Shown here: piece by piece, positions 39,144 through 49,370 of the stretch
Layout of the letters: every line of letters starts with the position of its first letter
How positions within the stretch are numbered: the first letter of the stretch is position 1
Assembly: GCA_030550585.1 (NCBI GenBank)
Contig: JAUQPB010000005.1
Span: 1 to 64,000 of the forward strand
Source of the DNA: Thermoproteota archaeon
GTDB lineage: Archaea > Thermoproteota > Thermoprotei_A > Sulfolobales > Ignisphaeraceae
Reading direction: 5' to 3'
DNA: 64,000 bases
Translations under genes and position numbers: made by a program
Notes under the pieces: model-generated
Database searches by the model: none
Seen by the model: only the letters and a program-made list of their open reading frames with translations
What the model was told of the DNA's origin: nothing

Positions 39144-39584
39144 CTAGATGTCTACGACGAATGTTGCGTACCACCTGCTGTTTTCTCTCCATATTCTCAT
39201 CTCGTTATATGTAACTGCTTTGACAACTGTTCTAGGTTCGTGTTTGCCATGTTGAAACTCTTCTCCTTTTGCATACCCCTCTAAACAGATTATCTTCTCC
39301 TCGCCACTTTTCTCATACATTTTCAGAACCTTGAATTCTCCGAAAACGAGGTTTTTGCTGTCGTGGTGATAGAGCATCTCTTCTAGCCATCTGTAAAGCA
39401 GATTCTCCATATCATATCCACACACAGTAACAGGGATAGTCTCTCTGGGTTCAACTTTTGTGGTATCTGTAATGACTTCGAACATCGCTTTTGCCGCCTC
39501 TTCGAAAACAGCCTCCACACTCTCTCCCCAAACCTTTATAAGCACATCAGCAGTGTGGCTCATAAACTCGTAGCCTCTATCCAT
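39144..39584 (-). CDS. Archease
   Basis: HTAD, WLEEMLY, VKAVTY, C-terminal VVDI. Confidence 0.93.
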   Translation of the reverse strand: MDRGYEFMSHTADVLIKVWGESVEAVFEEAAKAMFEVITDTTKVEPRETIPVTVCGYDMENLLYRWLEEMLYHHDSKNLVFGEFKVLKMYEKSGEEKIICLEGYAKGEEFQHGKHEPRTVVKAVTYNEMRIWRENSRWYATFVVDI

Positions 39585-39658
39585 ATCACCACCAATCTGT
39601 AGAAACTATGCAACAAGGATTTTAAAGCTTGAAACAATATAAAATACTGGTGTTTTCC

Positions 39659-40249
39659 ATGGCAAAACTCAAGATTTTGCCCACAGACACTCTGATAATT
39701 GTTGACATGCAAAACGATTTCATGCCAGGTGGCGCCCTCCCAGTCCCCAATGCACTATCGATAATCCCCACAATCAACAGGTATATAGAGGTGTTTGAGA
39801 AGGCAAAAGCAGTCGTTGTTGCCACAAGGGATTGGCACCCACAAAACCACATCTCATTCAATACTAGGGGCGGTCCATGGCCGCCACACTGCATTCAAAA
39901 TACATGGGGTGCTCAGTTCCACAAGGATTTGAAGCTGCCTAGAGACGCCATAGTGGTTTCGAAGGCGTTCAAAGAGGATAAAGAGGCTTACAGTGGATTC
40001 GAAGACACCGAGCTAGACTCTGTTCTGAGGCAACGTGGTGTGAGAAGGATTTTCGTGGCTGGTGTAGCCACAGAGTACTGTGTGAAGGCAACGGCTGAAG
40101 ATGGCTTGAGGCTAGGCTACCAAGTGTTTATTTTGGAAGATGCTGTGAAGGGTATAAACAGCCCTCCAGGATCTGAGGAAAGAGCTATAGACAATCTTAT
40201 AAGCAAGGGGGCTGTAGCTATAAGGATAGGCGATATTGTAACAGATTGA
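39659..40249 (+). CDS. pncA: Nicotinamidase/pyrazinamidase
   Basis: VDMQNDFMPGGALPV, DWHP, WPPHC, YSGF, GVATEYCV. Confidence 0.93.
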   Translation: MAKLKILPTDTLIIVDMQNDFMPGGALPVPNALSIIPTINRYIEVFEKAKAVVVATRDWHPQNHISFNTRGGPWPPHCIQNTWGAQFHKDLKLPRDAIVVSKAFKEDKEAYSGFEDTELDSVLRQRGVRRIFVAGVATEYCVKATAEDGLRLGYQVFILEDAVKGINSPPGSEERAIDNLISKGAVAIRIGDIVTD

Positions 40250-40319
40250 TTTGTGGTTAACCGAGGTGAAGCGCAAAGCACAAAACATTTCTAAGTGTAT
40301 AGAAGCCTAGGGCAGAGAC

Positions 40320-40862
40320 TTGAGCAGCGAGAACATAGCTAGCAAAGTGATAGAGTATCTGAAGTGGCATCCAAATGCAAAACCATCTGAAATAGCAGAC
40401 TATCTAGGTGTTAGCCCAAGGCTTGTCAGAGCTGTTCTGGCAAAGCTGAGGGCAAGAGGTGTTGTGTCGAGGACAGAGAAAGGCTATGTACTAAGGGTGG
40501 AGGCACCTAAAACAGGTGTGAACACAGAGAAGATAGAGCAAAAGCCATTAGCAGACGTCACAAATATTACTAGAGAAGATAGAATTGCACTAGAGTCGAG
40601 GGATGTTCAATCCAGGTTGAGCGAGCTGGAGAATAGAGTAGAGTCTATAGAGAAAACCATCAACGAGCTGAAGAGCGCCATAGACAGTAAAGCAATTGAC
40701 AAAAACGCGGGGAAAACAACATGCAGAGAAATCTACGAAGCAATAGAGCTGGTGAAAATGGGTCTGGAATCCATTAGAGTGGGAGACCAGCACTCCCTCG
40801 ATTCAGTGCTAAACGAACTTGAAGACGTTCTGGAGAGACTAAGGAAATGCTTGGCCAGCTAA
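40320..40862 (+). CDS. wHTH plus coiled-coil protein
   Basis: PSEIADYLGVSPRLVRAVLAKLRARG; heptads RLSELENRVESIEKTINELK. Confidence 0.75.
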   Translation: MSSENIASKVIEYLKWHPNAKPSEIADYLGVSPRLVRAVLAKLRARGVVSRTEKGYVLRVEAPKTGVNTEKIEQKPLADVTNITREDRIALESRDVQSRLSELENRVESIEKTINELKSAIDSKAIDKNAGKTTCREIYEAIELVKMGLESIRVGDQHSLDSVLNELEDVLERLRKCLAS

Positions 40863-40914
40863 TCAGTGGGAGGAATGATCAATCACCATTCAGTGCGACC
40901 GAAAGCTCATCATC
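40863..40914 (-). ncRNA. C/D box guide sRNA
   Basis: Minus strand: ATGATGA-GCTTTCGGTCGCA-CTGA-ATGG-TGATTGA-TCATTCCTCCCA-CTGA. Confidence 0.85.
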
Positions 40915-40977
40915 TCCACGCCTAGCCCTTAGATGGCGAAAACCTCCTTTAAGGCTTGCTGCTCTTCTAAGTCAACC

Positions 40978-41901
40978 CTATATAGGTTGCTCGGCTATAG
41001 AGTCTCTCGCTAGCGAAATATCCAACACTGATTTTGCGTATACAAAACCCTCTCTATACCCCGCAACAATCTCCTGGCCCTGGGACTCTATAGCACTGGA
41101 GAAGAGCCTGTATGCATCTTGAAGCAGCTTTCTGTGGAACACCACTATTGTTGTGATGATGTTGAAGCTCTTTGTACCCTTTGCCTCCTCACCAGGTGCT
41201 CTAGCAACTGCAACCTCTCTGCAGAGACTTCCAGAACGCGGCTTTTTGAAGCATATCTCTACTCTTGCACCCCTAGCCCTGGGCCTCTCTTTGTACTCTT
41301 CAACAAATCTGTAAACACCCTTCTCCTCGTCATAGACAAGCCTCTTATCCGCAGGGGCCTCTACAACCCATTTGACAGAGGTCTCATAGCCAGTGGGCCC
41401 CAGCTTTACCCTGGCAAGGGCTAGCTCGCTTCCCTTCGAGGCTCTAAGCTCTATTTCCTTTGTCGGTATTTTCGATTTGTCTAGACACAAAACGACAATG
41501 TCTCTATATTCACCAGATTTGATGATAAAACCCGGTGCAATTGCCAGAACATTGTTTCCTCTATCGACATAGACGTAGAAAGAGCTGTTGCAGATTGTGT
41601 CGAGGTCTAGCACCGATGCTTCAACTTGTTGTGCATTAGCCACCTCTACCTTGCTGTGATAGCTGCTGCTCTTGCCATTGCTAACCCAGTACCCCTCTAT
41701 ATAAACATCTCCAATATCGATTGTGGCTACAGCTGGGAGGAAAAGCTTTTTGTCTTCGATGTGCATACCATATACAAATCTCTTCACCAAATCCTCTCTA
41801 GAGATGTGAAGAGCGTAAGACGCAACGATAGCGACAATGGCTATAGACATAAGGGCTATAGATATGGATATGAAGGGATTGATTTGTATCTCAAAATACA
41901 T
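40978..41901 (-). CDS. Hypothetical membrane-anchored protein
   Basis: N-terminal TM followed by a beta-rich soluble region. Confidence 0.65.
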   Translation of the reverse strand: MYFEIQINPFISISIALMSIAIVAIVASYALHISREDLVKRFVYGMHIEDKKLFLPAVATIDIGDVYIEGYWVSNGKSSSYHSKVEVANAQQVEASVLDLDTICNSSFYVYVDRGNNVLAIAPGFIIKSGEYRDIVVLCLDKSKIPTKEIELRASKGSELALARVKLGPTGYETSVKWVVEAPADKRLVYDEEKGVYRFVEEYKERPRARGARVEICFKKPRSGSLCREVAVARAPGEEAKGTKSFNIITTIVVFHRKLLQDAYRLFSSAIESQGQEIVAGYREGFVYAKSVLDISLARDSIAEQPI

Positions 41902-41976
41902 TTGCTGTACCCATATCCTATTTGGCTGTTCTCGAGCAAGTTTTTATACTGCTATTGTATGTGGGGGAGGGTTTGC

Positions 41977-43317
41977 TCATCTAAGTTTCTTATATGCATC
42001 TAGAGCAGCTGTGTAGAGTGGGTATGTAACTGGGGATGGCGTTAGCCATGGATGTGTAGCCACTTGTAGTGATAACACATCTAGTAGGTGGGTCTTGCTC
42101 TGTATCAATATACTGACCATGTTTACCAATTCAGCGACCGATTGTCCTCCGGCTACTTGAGCCCCTATTATCTCTCCAGTTGTTTTTGACACTAACAGCT
42201 TTAGTTTTACTGTCTTGGCTCCTGGGAGTATAGTTGGGTGTTTGTCCACAGCCTCCGCAACCCCAACAACATATTCTATCCCCTCTTCTCTAGCTCTGCT
42301 CTCTGTTATCCCCACGGCTCCGAGAACTACTTCCCCTATCCTAGTGGAGAACGCACCTACATGTCCTATGTATCTACAAGACGTGTTGGTTGCCATATGT
42401 AGTGCAGCTACTCTAGCATCTGTTGTTGCGGCAGAGGCTAGCTGAACGAGCATTGGCTTTCCAGTGACTAGATCGAGCCTCTCCACACAGTCTCCAACAG
42501 CATAGACAATCGGGTTGCTAGATCTTCTACAGCTATCAACTACTATACCCCCTGTAACACCTATCCTCAGATTCATAGCCTTAGCCAAATCTGTGTTGGG
42601 CTCAACACCAATAGCTATAATAACGACATCAGCTGGAATCTCCTCGCCATTCGATAGCCTAACCTTTTCAGCTCTCCCACTACCTAATATCTTTGAAACG
42701 GTTACACCAGTCTTTATATTCACACCACGCTTCTTCAGCTCCTCCTCAGCCAAAATAGCGAAATCCTCGTCAAAGTTCTTGAGAAGACAGTGGGGGAGAA
42801 CCTCAACCAAGGTAACATTTTTACCTGTTTTCGAAAGGTCATCCGCTATCTCAACACCTACAAAACCACCTCCAACAATAACTATATTCGAAGCCTCTTT
42901 AACAGCTTTGATCATCTCCCTCAGATAGTTATAGTCCTTGATGATGTGATAGACATTCTTCAGATCCTCACCATATACACCAAGTCTCTTGGGCCTAGAG
43001 CCGGTGGCTAAAACAAGTTTCTTAAAACCTAGCTCCCCACTTTTCAATGTCTTGACGGATCTTCCATTCAGATCAACAGATGCGACCTCATCAACAAAAA
43101 TCTCAACACCTAGTTTGCGCAACGATTCGTCGCTAAGAATATTCTTATCGATGCTATCTATAGAGTTGAATAGGTAGGGTATGGCACAGGGAATCAAAAC
43201 CCTTTCCTCTCGCCTAATAACAGCAACAGACATCCCAGGGCTAAGCCTCTTCAACATAAGCGCAGTTGTGTAACCAGCTGGACCACCCCCAACAATCAAA
43301 ACATCATATGCTTTCAA
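41977..43317 (-). CDS. CoA-disulfide reductase/NADH oxidase-family flavoprotein
   Basis: GGGPAG, single Cys in PCAIPY, GGGFVGVE, YAVGDC. Confidence 0.88.
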   Translation of the reverse strand: MKAYDVLIVGGGPAGYTTALMLKRLSPGMSVAVIRREERVLIPCAIPYLFNSIDSIDKNILSDESLRKLGVEIFVDEVASVDLNGRSVKTLKSGELGFKKLVLATGSRPKRLGVYGEDLKNVYHIIKDYNYLREMIKAVKEASNIVIVGGGFVGVEIADDLSKTGKNVTLVEVLPHCLLKNFDEDFAILAEEELKKRGVNIKTGVTVSKILGSGRAEKVRLSNGEEIPADVVIIAIGVEPNTDLAKAMNLRIGVTGGIVVDSCRRSSNPIVYAVGDCVERLDLVTGKPMLVQLASAATTDARVAALHMATNTSCRYIGHVGAFSTRIGEVVLGAVGITESRAREEGIEYVVGVAEAVDKHPTILPGAKTVKLKLLVSKTTGEIIGAQVAGGQSVAELVNMVSILIQSKTHLLDVLSLQVATHPWLTPSPVTYPLYTAALDAYKKLR

Positions 43318-43368
43318 CAGACTTCACCAATGTTGTAAGGGATGGATCAGAATTTATACCTCATTGTT

Positions 43369-44157
43369 TCAATCTTCTCGCAGCATTCGCTCGTACTCAT
43401 CATATGCATCGTCCAATGCCTTCAAAAGCGTTTGTTTCGCTCCATACACATAGATCTTCTCTATAGCCTTTATAGTAACCCCCCTCGGCGTTATCACACT
43501 GTCTCTCAAATCGCTAACACTCTTCGCCTCTAGCAAAGCTCCAACACCCTGAAAAACTGTGGAGAGAGCCTTCTTAGCTATGTTGTATGGCACTCCAGCC
43601 CTTAGTGCAGACAATAGAAATGTGTCAAAAAGCTCTGCAACCATTGCCGGGGTTGACGCTGAGTAGAATGTTAGCATATCCAAGATTTTTTCATCGACCC
43701 ACTCAACTGTTCCTAGAAGACTGAAAACCTTCTCCACATAATCATTCTTTCTACTCGGGGGCGAGAGTGCTATGAAACCCTTGTTTATTTCGACAGCCAC
43801 GTTAGGCATTGCTCTATAGACTGTGGATTTTGGTAGCAGATTCTCAAGTTTTTTCAATGGTGTTGCAGCCGCTATGGATACAACAATTTTGTTGCTAGCA
43901 AAATCGGCTAGGTTTTTCAGAGCCTCCTCAACATCCCCAGGCTTTACAGCAACAATAATGATGTTAGAGACTGTGAATACGTCCTCGGCACTCCCCACCA
44001 CTCTAAATCCAAGAGACTCTGCATCTGCTCTAGCCTGAGGAGCCTTGTCATAGACTGTTAAACAAGCTTTTTCTATACCTGCCTTTGCAAAGCCCACTGC
44101 TATTGCTTTACCCATTCTGCCAAAGCCTATCAATCCTATTCTCAGACACTGGGACAA
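43369..44157 (-). CDS. proC: Pyrroline-5-carboxylate reductase
   Basis: GFGRMG, AVKP, SIAA, RAMPN, VITPRGVT. Confidence 0.9.
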   Translation of the reverse strand: MSQCLRIGLIGFGRMGKAIAVGFAKAGIEKACLTVYDKAPQARADAESLGFRVVGSAEDVFTVSNIIIVAVKPGDVEEALKNLADFASNKIVVSIAAATPLKKLENLLPKSTVYRAMPNVAVEINKGFIALSPPSRKNDYVEKVFSLLGTVEWVDEKILDMLTFYSASTPAMVAELFDTFLLSALRAGVPYNIAKKALSTVFQGVGALLEAKSVSDLRDSVITPRGVTIKAIEKIYVYGAKQTLLKALDDAYDEYERMLRED

Positions 44158-44218
44158 GCAATTGCACCACCTATAGCTCTGATCAACAGGTTTTTATACT
44201 CTAGCGACAGAAGATTTT

Positions 44219-45451
44219 TTGTTGGTGCATCCATTGAGGCAAGCACCAACGAGCGCTATAAGAGATGTTATAGATTTTCTGAGGGGGGAGACAGGCTTCA
44301 TATACACAGCAAAGGCTAGAGAGCTGTCTAAGAAGGGCTTCAAGGTTATAAACTTTGGTGTGGGGCAACCAGATTTTCCAACACCGAAGCACATAGTTGA
44401 AGAGGCTAAGAAGGCTCTTGACGACGGCTTCACAGGGTATACAGAGGTTGCTGGGATACCAGAGCTTAGACAGGCTATAGCAGAGTATTTGAATGAGAGA
44501 TACGGATCTGATGTAAAACCGGATGAGGTTATTGTCACACCTGGTGCAAAAGCAGCTTTGTTCCTAGCCTTCGCAGCCTATATAAGACCTGGTGACGAGG
44601 TTATAATCCCAGACCCCTCATACTATGTATACCCCGAGATAACAAAGTTTCTCGGTGGAAAACCTGTTTACGTGCCACTGAAGTGGCTTGGCTCTGAGAG
44701 AGGCTTTGAACTAGATGTAGATGCAATTGAAAAAGCTATAACAAGCAAGACCAGGGCCGTAGTTATAAACAATCCACACAACCCAACAGGAGCCCTATTC
44801 ACGCCAAAGGAGATTACAAAGATTTTTGAAATAGCTACTGAGAGAAACATTCTCGTTATAGTAGATGAGATCTATGACAACTTTGTCTATGAAGGAGATT
44901 TCAAGTCTTTCATAAGCTTCGAGAACTGGAGAGACTACGTAGTCTATACAAATGGGCTCTCAAAAACGTTCTCAATGACTGGCTGGAGACTTGGATACCT
45001 AGTCGTCAGAAGAGAGATAGCATCTAGGCTAACAAAACTCGCTGTAAATGTGTGGACCTGCGCCACCTCATTTGTTCAAAGAGCTGGGGTAAAAGCACTA
45101 AAAGGTGATTGGGGGCCGGTGAAAGAGATGATAGAAACTTTTAGAAGAAGAAGAGATATCATGGTTAGCGAGCTCAGCAAAATCGATGGTGTGGCTGTGT
45201 GGAGAAGTAGGGGGGCATTCTACCTGTACCCCAACATCAGAAAAGTTTTGGACAAGCTCGACACAGATGTTGAAACATTTGCAAATAGGCTTCTAGAGGA
45301 GAAGCATGTAGTCTTGTTGCCGGGAACTGTATTCTCTGAAACAGATTTTGGCAGAAATTTCATAAGACTAAGCTTTGCATTGAATGAAGAGCTCATTGTC
45401 GAGGGTGTCAATAGATTGAAGAGTTTTATATATGAACACAAAAAGCTGTGA
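44219..45451 (+). CDS. Class I/II PLP aminotransferase (aspartate aminotransferase-like)
   Basis: GQPDF, NNPHNPTG, DEIY, SKTFSMTGWRLG. Confidence 0.93.
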   Translation: MLVHPLRQAPTSAIRDVIDFLRGETGFIYTAKARELSKKGFKVINFGVGQPDFPTPKHIVEEAKKALDDGFTGYTEVAGIPELRQAIAEYLNERYGSDVKPDEVIVTPGAKAALFLAFAAYIRPGDEVIIPDPSYYVYPEITKFLGGKPVYVPLKWLGSERGFELDVDAIEKAITSKTRAVVINNPHNPTGALFTPKEITKIFEIATERNILVIVDEIYDNFVYEGDFKSFISFENWRDYVVYTNGLSKTFSMTGWRLGYLVVRREIASRLTKLAVNVWTCATSFVQRAGVKALKGDWGPVKEMIETFRRRRDIMVSELSKIDGVAVWRSRGAFYLYPNIRKVLDKLDTDVETFANRLLEEKHVVLLPGTVFSETDFGRNFIRLSFALNEELIVEGVNRLKSFIYEHKKL

Positions 45452-45504
45452 TTCTGTGAAATGTTTTAGAGACTCTGATTAGAGTATATCGATGGTGATA
45501 GGAC

Positions 45505-46725
45505 TTGAGAAAAATACCTATGGATAAGCCAATTGTTGAGATAGACGGGGATGAGATGGCTAGGGTCATGTGGCACTGGGTTAAGGAGAAGCTCATAGAA
45601 CCATACGTAGATTTGAAGACAGAGTACTATGATCTGCATATAAAGGTTAGGGATGAAACAAACGATGAGATTACCATAAGGGCTGCAGAGGCTATAAAGA
45701 GGCTTGGGGTCGGCGTTAAATGCGCGACAATAACACCAAATGCTGATAGGGTTAAGGAATACAATCTTAAGAGGGAGTGGAGATCGCCCAATGCAACAAT
45801 TAGAGAGGTTCTTGATGGCACGCTATTTAGAGCTCCAATTATTGTGAGCAATATTAAGCCTGCTGTCAGGTTTTGGACAAAGCCAATTGTTGTTGCAAGA
45901 CATGCTTTTGGAGACATCTATTCTGGCACTGGTTTGAGGGTTGAAGAGCCTGGCGAGGCTTATATAGTCTACAAAGGGGCTAGCGGAAGAGAGTACAAGA
46001 TAAGGATAGGTTCTCTCCCATCAGCAGGGGTTATACAAGCATACTACAACCTAGACAAGTCTATATATTCATTCGCTAGAGCCGTCTTCAAATACGCCAC
46101 TATGTTCAATTTGAATGTGTGGTTCGCGGCAAAAGAGACCATATCCAAGGTCTATGATGCTAGGTTCAAGGAGATATTCCAAGAAGTGTATGAGAAGGAA
46201 TTCAAAGAGGAATTCACAAAAAGAGGACTGAAATACGAGTACTATCTAATCGATGATGCCTATTCCAGGGCCATTAGATCCGAAGGAGGTTTTGTGTGGG
46301 CGACAAAGAACTATGACGGTGATGTCATCTCAGATATGGTGGCATCTGCATACTCGGGAAGCCTAGCTATGATGACATCAGAGCTTCTATCTCCAGAAGG
46401 CTACTACATGGCTGAGGCAGCCCATGGAACTGTCCAGAGACACTACTACAGATACTTAAAGGGGGAGAAGACATCGACAAACCCAACAGCAATAATATTT
46501 GCCTGGTCAAGAGGGCTCAGAAGAAGAGGTGAGCTAGATAACAACAGCGAGCTAGTGAGGTTCTCAGAGCTTCTTGAGAAGGCTGTTATCAAGACTATCG
46601 AGATCGACAGGATTATGACTCAGGACATTGCAAAGGTTTCTGAGCCCCCAGTTAATCTGGTTGCATCAACAGAGGAGTTTATAGAGGCTGTTCGGAAGAA
46701 CCTCGAGCACATGGTAAGCCACTGA
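45505..46725 (+). CDS. icd: NADP-dependent isocitrate dehydrogenase, subfamily II
   Basis: IDGDEMAR, KCATITP, WRSPNATIR, KNYDGDV, EAAHGTVQRHY, TSTNPTA. Confidence 0.93.
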   Translation: MRKIPMDKPIVEIDGDEMARVMWHWVKEKLIEPYVDLKTEYYDLHIKVRDETNDEITIRAAEAIKRLGVGVKCATITPNADRVKEYNLKREWRSPNATIREVLDGTLFRAPIIVSNIKPAVRFWTKPIVVARHAFGDIYSGTGLRVEEPGEAYIVYKGASGREYKIRIGSLPSAGVIQAYYNLDKSIYSFARAVFKYATMFNLNVWFAAKETISKVYDARFKEIFQEVYEKEFKEEFTKRGLKYEYYLIDDAYSRAIRSEGGFVWATKNYDGDVISDMVASAYSGSLAMMTSELLSPEGYYMAEAAHGTVQRHYYRYLKGEKTSTNPTAIIFAWSRGLRRRGELDNNSELVRFSELLEKAVIKTIEIDRIMTQDIAKVSEPPVNLVASTEEFIEAVRKNLEHMVSH

Positions 46726-46830
46726 CTTTTTTGTTGATGATTAAAACATTTAATTCTATTTGCCCTAGATACCTAGTCTAAAATATATCATCATAAGTAT
46801 GTAGTTGGGGTGGCCTAGGCGAGTAGAGAA

Positions 46831-47772
46831 TTGAGGAAAGCTGTTGAGATAATAAATCTAGTTAAAAAGTTTGGGAACTTTGTTGCGGTAGACAATCTGT
46901 CTCTAGACATCTACGAGGGAGAGATATTCGGTTTGCTGGGTCCAAACGGAAGTGGCAAAACAACAACGCTTCTAACAATAGCCACAGTCTACAAGCCTAC
47001 ATCAGGTGATGTGAGGGTTTTTGGCTATAGCGTTGTGAGGGATGGTGATATGGTGAGAAAGCTTGTTGGAATGGCTTTTCAAGAGCCTAAAGCACTTGGC
47101 ATAGACAAGCCCTATGACCTACTCATGTGGCATGCGAGAATGGTCGGCTATTCAGCAGGTGATGCAAAGAAGGTTGTGAGAGAGGTTATGGATTCCCTCG
47201 GACTTTGGGAACATAGAGACAAATACTTCTATCAGTTGAGTGGTGGCACAAGGAAAAAGGTTGAGATAGCGAAAGTTCTTATACAAAGACCGAGGGTAGC
47301 AATATTTGATGAGCCGACTGCACAAGTGGATGTTATTTCTAAGCATGTTCTGTGGGATGCAATTAAGGAGTTGAGGAAAGAGGGCTCAACAATAATCATC
47401 TCGACAAATGATATGTTTGAGGCTGAGAGGGTTTGTGAGAGAATAGCGATAATATATAGGGGTAGGCTAAGAGCTGTGGGAACTGTTCAAGAACTCAAAG
47501 ACTCGATGCCATATGGGGATGTCATAGAGTTATCTGTGGCTGGCAAAGACATTGATGTTTCAAAGGTTTTGGAGATTCTGAATAGTTTTGGGAGGGTTTC
47601 GGTGAATGGGAGCACATTCATGGTTTATGTGAACAGGGGTGAGGAGAAAGCTATAGAGATTGTCGATGCTCTTAGGCGGCGGGGAATCACAATATCTAGG
47701 ATTATGGTAAAAGAGCCTACACTCGATGATGTGTTCTTCTACATAACTGGTGCTAAACTGAAGGAAGAGTAA
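46831..47772 (+). CDS. DrrA-like ABC exporter ATPase
   Basis: GPNGSGKTT, LSGG, FDEPT, EPTLDDVF. Confidence 0.92.
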   Translation: MRKAVEIINLVKKFGNFVAVDNLSLDIYEGEIFGLLGPNGSGKTTTLLTIATVYKPTSGDVRVFGYSVVRDGDMVRKLVGMAFQEPKALGIDKPYDLLMWHARMVGYSAGDAKKVVREVMDSLGLWEHRDKYFYQLSGGTRKKVEIAKVLIQRPRVAIFDEPTAQVDVISKHVLWDAIKELRKEGSTIIISTNDMFEAERVCERIAIIYRGRLRAVGTVQELKDSMPYGDVIELSVAGKDIDVSKVLEILNSFGRVSVNGSTFMVYVNRGEEKAIEIVDALRRRGITISRIMVKEPTLDDVFFYITGAKLKEE

Positions 47773-47781
47773 AGACTGGAT

Positions 47782-48606
47782 GTGGGTGATGATATGAATT
47801 CTTTGGCAACGGCTCTTAGGCAAATATTTTTGCTTGTTCAATGGGATTTGACAAAGATTTTGAGAAGAGTTATATTTGTTGTTATGAGAGCCACATGGTT
47901 TGCAGTACAAGTTTCTGTGTTTGGATTGGCGCTAGCATATATGGTTAGTGCACGGAGCCTTGGGTTAGATACCCAAGCATACTACAAGTTCTATCTGTTC
48001 GGTATATATACATCGATACTTTTTTCGATAACAGCCTCTAGAGCATATGACATTGCGGAAGAGTTTGAGGAGGGCATTATAGAGTATCATCTATCCCTGC
48101 CAATGAATAGAAAGGTTTTGGCAATTGGCAGAGCAGTTGGGGGTGGGATAGCTTCAACTCTTTTCACGCTTCCAATGTTTGCAACAGTTGTTGTATTAGC
48201 ACAGGAGTTTTCCATAGAGGCGATACTGATATCTATTATAGCCTCGCTAGCCTTTTCAATTGGTATAGCAGGTCTTGTAATATCGATAACACTAAGCATA
48301 AAGTCTGGTGACGCAACAGACATTTTGATGGGTGCTCTTGATGCTATTCTCGTGAGGCTTTCAACAGTTTTCTACCCAGCTGTTGTTATAAAAAGTATTG
48401 CCCCATACTATTATAGTGTTATAGCGAACCCTGTTTCCCATCTAGCAGATCTGCTTAGGCTGTTCTACTCCTTTGAGGAGTTCAAAGCACTTGCTATAGC
48501 AAGTCCATTAGCATTGGCATCCTATATAGTTGGGCTGTCCATAGGCTTTTCATTTCTTGCAGTATATGTTGTTGAAAAGAAGCTTGAGGGAGGTGGGTGG
48601 AGATAA
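47782..48606 (+). CDS. ABC-2 permease
   Basis: EEFEEGIIEYHLSLP, STVFYP, NPVSH; about 6 TMs. Confidence 0.85.
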   Translation: MGDDMNSLATALRQIFLLVQWDLTKILRRVIFVVMRATWFAVQVSVFGLALAYMVSARSLGLDTQAYYKFYLFGIYTSILFSITASRAYDIAEEFEEGIIEYHLSLPMNRKVLAIGRAVGGGIASTLFTLPMFATVVVLAQEFSIEAILISIIASLAFSIGIAGLVISITLSIKSGDATDILMGALDAILVRLSTVFYPAVVIKSIAPYYYSVIANPVSHLADLLRLFYSFEEFKALAIASPLALASYIVGLSIGFSFLAVYVVEKKLEGGGWR

Positions 48607-49370
48607 CCAACATAGACAAGGTTTTTCTAATAGCCAAGAGAGATCTTGACAGGTTTTGGCAATCAAAACAGTGGCTAGCTGGGCAAATAGCAATGAATCT
48701 TGCAGATATCTTCATATTCGCACTGATTTTCAGAGGCATTGTGAGAAGAGATCTCATACCAGATTACCTGAAGTTCATGACTCCAGGCGCTGTAGCACTA
48801 GCAACATTTGTTGCTGCATTTTCGATAGGTAGAGAGGTTGGGATGGAGATTAGAAGAAATACTGTAGAGTATCTTCTAACATTGCCAGTGTCGCGACAGA
48901 ATCTTGTGCTTGGCAGAGTGCTTGGAGGTATGCTGAGAGGGCTAATATACCAGCTAGTCTTCCTCGTTCTTGCCTCGATAATAGATTCTCCACCCACCCT
49001 AGTACAGCTCCCCGTGCTAGTGGCAACATCCGTTCTGCTCACAATGTCCATGTCCAGCCTAGCAATAGCTGTATCGTCTATCAGTAGAGACTTCAATATA
49101 CAGGCAACTTTCAGAGCACTAACATACTATCTCCTATTCTTCTTCTCAAATGTTTTCTACACAAAGCAGGTTCTAGCGCTGAGATTTCCACACCCACTCC
49201 CAGAGATAATAAGCATAACACCTATCTCAATTGCGGCAGATATCTATAGATGGTGCTTCAACTACTATCAGCAACTAGACCCCCAGAACCTTGTACTACT
49301 CGCTATATGGAGTCTTGCACTAACCCTCCTAGCATCTGCAACATATCTAAGAAATCTGACAAAGCGTTAG
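48597..49370 (+). CDS. ABC-2 permease
   Basis: YLKFMTPG, EYLLTLPVSR, SNVFY. Confidence 0.85.
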   Translation: MEITNIDKVFLIAKRDLDRFWQSKQWLAGQIAMNLADIFIFALIFRGIVRRDLIPDYLKFMTPGAVALATFVAAFSIGREVGMEIRRNTVEYLLTLPVSRQNLVLGRVLGGMLRGLIYQLVFLVLASIIDSPPTLVQLPVLVATSVLLTMSMSSLAIAVSSISRDFNIQATFRALTYYLLFFFSNVFYTKQVLALRFPHPLPEIISITPISIAADIYRWCFNYYQQLDPQNLVLLAIWSLALTLLASATYLRNLTKR

